DNA of 55,067 nucleotides from Patescibacteria group bacterium. GTDB taxonomy: Bacteria > Patescibacteriota > Minisyncoccia > Phycocordibacterales > UBA1550. Positions 50,150 to 55,067 of this stretch are shown here, piece after piece. Below the pieces are notes generated by a model. The model was not told the DNA's origin and made no database searches. It saw only the letters and a list, made by a program, of their open reading frames with translations. Location of the stretch: positions 22,668-77,734 of the forward strand of contig JBBTWP010000002.1 of the NCBI GenBank assembly GCA_038062675.1, written 5' to 3'. Position 1 is the first letter of the stretch. Each line of letters begins with the position of its first letter. The position numbers and the translations under genes are program-made.

Positions 50150-52840
50150 ATGAAAAATTTCTTATTGGCAGTCCTTGTTGTTTTGTTTGCGTTGCCCAAT
50201 TTTGCAAGTGCTCAAACAGCAGATGTTGACCCTGAAGGAACATCGGTGTCCTCATGTGTGAGCCTTACTTCCAACATGCGTTATCGCATGCGCGACACTC
50301 AAACCAACGGCGGAGTTTCTGTGTTGCAGGATTTTCTCAATACGAAAGGTTTTCTCGGTTCTGAGCCAACCGGTTTTTTTGGAATCGCCACTCTCAAGGC
50401 AGTAAAAGACTACCAAGCTTCTGTTGGACTCTCGCCAACAGGCTATGTGGGACCACTTACGCGCGCGAAGATCAATGCGACGTGTGGGGGTGGTGAGTCC
50501 ACGACCACTTCTGGGAATTTCCCCGCTGGATGTACGTCGGCGAGTGGGTATAGTCTGACAACAGGCAAGTCTTGCTCTCCTTCAACCTCTTCGACCAATA
50601 AAGGCACAACTTCTTGTGTGACTGTAGGTAATGTTACGACGTGTACGACTACGGCTTCCACCTCCACACCTCCGCCAACAAACTTACCTTCGGGTTGTGT
50701 TGTTGCATCGGGGTATAGTTCAACCACAGGATTGAGTTGCTCGCCTTCAAAAATGGCACCCACGGTTACTTTGGTTGCCAACGGCCCCACTGCTACGGCA
50801 AAAGATTCTGTAATTATTCCTTACAACACGTCTGAATCATTGAGTTGGTCATCACAAAATGCAACTTCGTGTTATTTGGTCGCTTCTCCTGCGTCTTCAG
50901 ATTGGGCAGGAAATGTCCCTACCTCCGGTACTCGATCAACAGGCAACCTCACTGAGTCAAAAACATATGCAGTTCATTGTTCGAACGGCGAAGTTTGGAA
51001 AACAGCCCGTTTTGATGTTCGGGTGGAACCTGCGAATGTCTCTTGTGTGACGACAGGTGGCACTACGACGTGTACGACATCCCCCGTAACAACACCAAAG
51101 GTTACGTTGACGGTGAATGGTTCCACGGGAATCACTTCAGCGGCAGCGGGTTCAAGTCTGAACTTAAATTGGACATCTACTGGAGTCACGAGGTGCTATC
51201 CTCAAGGTATGTGGTCTGGCAGTATTGGGACATCAGGAAGCCTGACGCTTGTCGCTCCGTCCTCTAGTGTAGGCACGGGGTATATCTACATCGTTTCGTG
51301 TGATACAACGAGTGGCACAGGTATTCAAAGTCAGGTTCAGGTAAATGTTGCTCCGTCTACAACCTCAGCAGTCTCTAGGGTTGAAATCCTTGGTACCCCA
51401 ACCCTCAGTATCGGCTACAGCTCAAAGGATGGACAAGAAGCATTGATTGCGAAGGCAACCGTGAAGATTACCGCGGGTGCGTCAGGTTTTAAGCTTTACA
51501 AATATGGTGCATTTGATAGTACTACCGAGGCATTTCTGGTTAAGTTGAATAATGCACAGAATGCAAATGGTTCAGAAGTGAATCCTACGTATTACAAAAC
51601 ATCAGGCGATACTGTAGATAGTGGTACCTACTGGTTGATTCCAGCTGGTCAGACAGCAACGTATAACCTTGATGCTAACTTGTCGAGCCCCAAGGCATTA
51701 TTTGCTGGAAGTTATAATGCTACGTTCTCAGTGTATAGGCCCGCGGGTGGTTCCGGTGTTGCATCTGCTGTGATTTCCAATAACACAACAAACTCGGTAA
51801 CTGTTGTAGGGGAGACGGCACCATACATTTCGTCAGTCACTCAACCAACATCTAGTGGGTTATATATTGACCAACTCCAAATTCGTGGCATTCGTTTCGA
51901 TTCAACATATAACCAAGTAACCATAAATGGAATGACGAGAACATTCTCAACAGGTGCTTCAGATGTAGGCCCAATGATTTTTGTTAAACCTTCTGATTTC
52001 GGTATTGTTTACTCTGGTGGAAGATATCTCGTAGTCGTTTCTACAACGAAGGGCGCAAGTAATAATGCCTATGTGAACATCGTTGCTGTTCCTCCTGTCT
52101 CTGCTACCCCCACCGTCGAAATCCTCAGCACTCCAACCCTCAGTATCGGTTACAGCCCAACAACCGGAAGAGAGATATTGATTGCAAAGGCTACGGTGAA
52201 GATTGCCGCAGGAGCCTCGGATTTTAAGCTCTATAAAAATGGGGCATTTGATAGTACCACCGACGCATTCAAAGCTACTTTGAACAACGCACAGAATGCA
52301 AATGGTTCAGAAACTAACCCTACATACTACAAAACAGGGGGCTATGCTGTAGACAACGGAACATACTGGACGATTCCAGTAGGGCAGACAGCAACATTTA
52401 ACCTTGAAGCCAACTTGCCGGAAACCAGAGCATTGTTTGCAGGAAGTTACAACGCCACATTCTCTATGTATCGACCGGCAGGGGGTTCACCTGCTGTGGC
52501 ATACATAGCAAATGGTACGACAAACTCAGTAACCATCGTCGGGGAGACGGCACCGTACCTTACTGGCATTGTAAGCAGTGTTGGTTCAACGACGAACAGT
52601 TATACAATAAAGGGTATCCGCTTTAATGCATCATTGCTTTCGGTGACGATAAACGGAAAGACGCTAGCGTTACCTCCTGCAAATGGCACAGAAGTTCCTT
52701 TCAATCCTTCAGACTTTGGCATCACTACGTCAGGGAATTATGTCATTCAGGTGAACCACTCGACAGAGGGGATGAGTAATAGTATCTCGGCGAACATCTC
52801 TATTTGTACGACAGAGGGAAACACAACGACGTGTTACTAG
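50150..52840 (+). CDS. Surface protein paralog: signal peptide, PG-binding-like domain, multiple Cys-bracketed mini-motifs, Ig-like modules, tandem 245-aa C-terminal repeat
   Basis: MKNFLLAVLVVLFALPNFASA. The N-terminal ~120 aa are nearly identical to CDS 46541..49396. The repeat units both begin VEIL(G/S)TPTLSIGYS. Confidence 0.9.
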   Translation: MKNFLLAVLVVLFALPNFASAQTADVDPEGTSVSSCVSLTSNMRYRMRDTQTNGGVSVLQDFLNTKGFLGSEPTGFFGIATLKAVKDYQASVGLSPTGYVGPLTRAKINATCGGGESTTTSGNFPAGCTSASGYSLTTGKSCSPSTSSTNKGTTSCVTVGNVTTCTTTASTSTPPPTNLPSGCVVASGYSSTTGLSCSPSKMAPTVTLVANGPTATAKDSVIIPYNTSESLSWSSQNATSCYLVASPASSDWAGNVPTSGTRSTGNLTESKTYAVHCSNGEVWKTARFDVRVEPANVSCVTTGGTTTCTTSPVTTPKVTLTVNGSTGITSAAAGSSLNLNWTSTGVTRCYPQGMWSGSIGTSGSLTLVAPSSSVGTGYIYIVSCDTTSGTGIQSQVQVNVAPSTTSAVSRVEILGTPTLSIGYSSKDGQEALIAKATVKITAGASGFKLYKYGAFDSTTEAFLVKLNNAQNANGSEVNPTYYKTSGDTVDSGTYWLIPAGQTATYNLDANLSSPKALFAGSYNATFSVYRPAGGSGVASAVISNNTTNSVTVVGETAPYISSVTQPTSSGLYIDQLQIRGIRFDSTYNQVTINGMTRTFSTGASDVGPMIFVKPSDFGIVYSGGRYLVVVSTTKGASNNAYVNIVAVPPVSATPTVEILSTPTLSIGYSPTTGREILIAKATVKIAAGASDFKLYKNGAFDSTTDAFKATLNNAQNANGSETNPTYYKTGGYAVDNGTYWTIPVGQTATFNLEANLPETRALFAGSYNATFSMYRPAGGSPAVAYIANGTTNSVTIVGETAPYLTGIVSSVGSTTNSYTIKGIRFNASLLSVTINGKTLALPPANGTEVPFNPSDFGITTSGNYVIQVNHSTEGMSNSISANISICTTEGNTTTCY
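51380..52840 (+). repeat. Tandem in-frame duplication, 735-nt period (units 51380..52114 and 52115..52840)
   Basis: The units align along their whole length (VEILGTPTLSIGYSSKDGQEALIAKATVKITAGASGFKLYKYGAFDSTTEAF... versus VEILSTPTLSIGYSPTTGREILIAKATVKIAAGASDFKLYKNGAFDSTTDAF...). A homologous single module ends CDS 46541..49396 (from ~48728). Confidence 0.9.
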
Positions 52841-52851
52841 GGTAGTTGTCC

Positions 52852-52913
52852 CCAAGGTGCCACGAAACAGAAATGCCGGCGTACGCCGGCATTTCTGTTT
52901 CGTGGCACCTTGG
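52852..52913. terminator. 62-bp perfect palindrome downstream of the 896-aa gene (probable terminator hairpin)
   Basis: CCAAGGTGCCACGAAACAGAAATGCCGGCGTACGCCGGCATTTCTGTTTCGTGGCACCTTGG. I checked every position against its mirror position and all pair. Only a weak T-run (CCTTTTTC) follows after a few nt. Confidence 0.6.
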
Positions 52914-53090
52914 TCGGTCTCCTTTTTCTGCAAAAGTTATCCACAGCACCTTGCATCATAGGCACAAAAAGATGATATAATAGTAGGAGGATTCAAATTC
53001 CTGTGCTCGTGTGTTCTACATAAAAGTAAAATACATTCACAGAACAGAGACGGGAATTGACCAAGTTTATTATCAGGTTTTAATAATTAC

Positions 53091-53828
53091 ATGGTTCAGC
53101 GCGGGTACACTGCGCGGGACAGTACAAAAGATATGCAGGATGGATTAATCACACAGTGGGGCATGCAGCTTAATGACGCTTTTCAGGGTATTGGTATTGA
53201 GATTCTTCAATTCCTTCCAAAGCTCGTGCTCGCAATTATTATTTTTATTGCAGGATGGGTTGTGGGCTCAGTGCTCGCAGAAGTTATCGAGAAGTTGGTG
53301 AAGGCGCTCAAGGTTGATGCGCTTCTCGAAAGTGCCGGCGCACGCAACTTGATGCACAAAGCAGGATTTCATTTGAACACGGGCGCATTTTTGGGTGGAC
53401 TCGTAAAATGGTTCCTCGTCGTGGTCTTCTTGGTTGCTTCACTCGACGTACTCGGACTCGACGGAGTAAATACCTTCTTGCGTGATGTAGTCCTTGGATA
53501 CATTCCTCAGGTAATTGTTGCAACTTTGATTCTTATTGTTGCCGCAGTGCTTGCTGATATTGTCCACAAGCTTGCTATGGGTGGAGCAAAGGCTCTTGAT
53601 TCAAAATCAGCAGGCTTTATCGCCGGCATCGCTCGTTGGGCTATTTGGATTGTTGCTATTCTAGCAGCGCTCTCACAGCTTGGTATTGCAGGAGGTATGA
53701 TGCAGACACTCTTCACAGGACTTGTAGCAATGCTTGCTCTTGCCGGTGGTCTTGCATTCGGCCTTGGGGGCAAAGAGGCAGCAGCTCGCTTCATTGAGAA
53801 GCTTCGTGGAGATATTTCAAATCGCTAA
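53091..53828 (+). CDS. Polytopic membrane protein with repeated conserved-TM-helix modules (mechanosensitive-channel-related family, tentative)
   Basis: Repeated units of the form LPKLVLAIIIFIAGWVVGSVLAEVIEKLVKALKVD / IPQVIVATLILIVAAVLADIVHKLAMGGAKAL / ARWAIWIVAILAALSQLGIAGG. Confidence 0.82.
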   Translation: MVQRGYTARDSTKDMQDGLITQWGMQLNDAFQGIGIEILQFLPKLVLAIIIFIAGWVVGSVLAEVIEKLVKALKVDALLESAGARNLMHKAGFHLNTGAFLGGLVKWFLVVVFLVASLDVLGLDGVNTFLRDVVLGYIPQVIVATLILIVAAVLADIVHKLAMGGAKALDSKSAGFIAGIARWAIWIVAILAALSQLGIAGGMMQTLFTGLVAMLALAGGLAFGLGGKEAAARFIEKLRGDISNR

Positions 53829-53884
53829 TAAAGGTGAGTTTGAGACCGATTTTACCCCCACTTTAGTGGGTAAATAGGGCAATA

Positions 53885-53925
53885 AAAACAGTGTCAGGCG
53901 GAAACGCTTGACACTGTTTTTATTT
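53885..53925 (+). terminator. Rho-independent terminator
   Basis: ACAGTGTCAGGCG-GAAA-CGCTTGACACTGT (one G-U pair) followed by TTTTTATTT. Confidence 0.85.
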
Positions 53926-54179
53926 CGTATATACTAGCTGGTATTGTTGCATATAAGTAAAAAAGAGGAATATCGCGTGAAGCGGAGCAAGTAAGACCTT
54001 CTTTTGGTACTTTCTTGAGCCCGCTCCTTGAGCGGTTTTTTCTTTTCTATTTATCGACTGTTGCTTGACATCATTATTCTGTCACACGCCCACTTGAAGA
54101 TCTTGTGGTGTGTGGAGACAGGCAGGTAAAAAGAATATCACCTCCTGTTGTAAGCGGGAGGTGACGAATAATGAATTGT

Positions 54180-55067
<888 letters not shown>

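Noticed and set aside
54040-54175. 16S rRNA 3' end upstream of 23S, prompted by the AUCACCUCCU match
   Set aside because: The flanking sequence has none of the conserved 16S 3'-domain blocks (for example GAAGTCGTAACAAGGTA and GGCTGGATCACCTCCTT). Only the 10-mer matches.

Overview
This is a chromosomal segment from a small-genome bacterium. Its gene content fits an uncultivated Patescibacteria/CPR-type lineage, but that is inference only and no search was run. The supporting signs are compact housekeeping genes, a 23S rRNA gene with no 16S upstream, and many large secreted proteins with peptidoglycan-binding-type N-termini. The housekeeping backbone is argS, ileS, recO, glyQS, metG, tatD, rpsF-ssb-rpsR, efp, recA, ftsK, rplJ-rplL, an M16 peptidase, an AI-2E-type permease, an SPFH protein and the 5' part of 23S rRNA. 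Between these lie accessory-looking genes:
- four large paralogous surface proteins;
- a protein combining PLC-like, lamin-tail and beta-helix regions;
- a RelE/ParE-like toxin pair;
- an IS200/RAYT-type Y1 transposase flanked by palindromes;
- several orphan small membrane proteins.

The observations I rate highest are:
1. a complete histidine-phosphatase (RHG...H) domain inserted in frame inside IleRS;
2. a winged-helix protein gene whose promoter and coding region carry about a dozen copies of AAAGGACAT in two reading frames and both orientations;
3. a RAYT-like gene with three copies of a CCAAGGGT(T/A)ACCCTTGG palindrome;
4. a 32-bp direct repeat that duplicates the 3' end of rplL around an ~89-bp insert, which carries a structured motif that recurs in the next gene's 5' leader with compensatory changes;
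5. TGnTAnnnT boxes lying 6-8 nt upstream of many start codons, which predicts leaderless mRNAs;
6. a ~550-nt structured region between a consensus promoter and the largest surface-protein gene.

I saw no CRISPR array and no tRNA. All family assignments come from motif recognition by eye, not from database searches.
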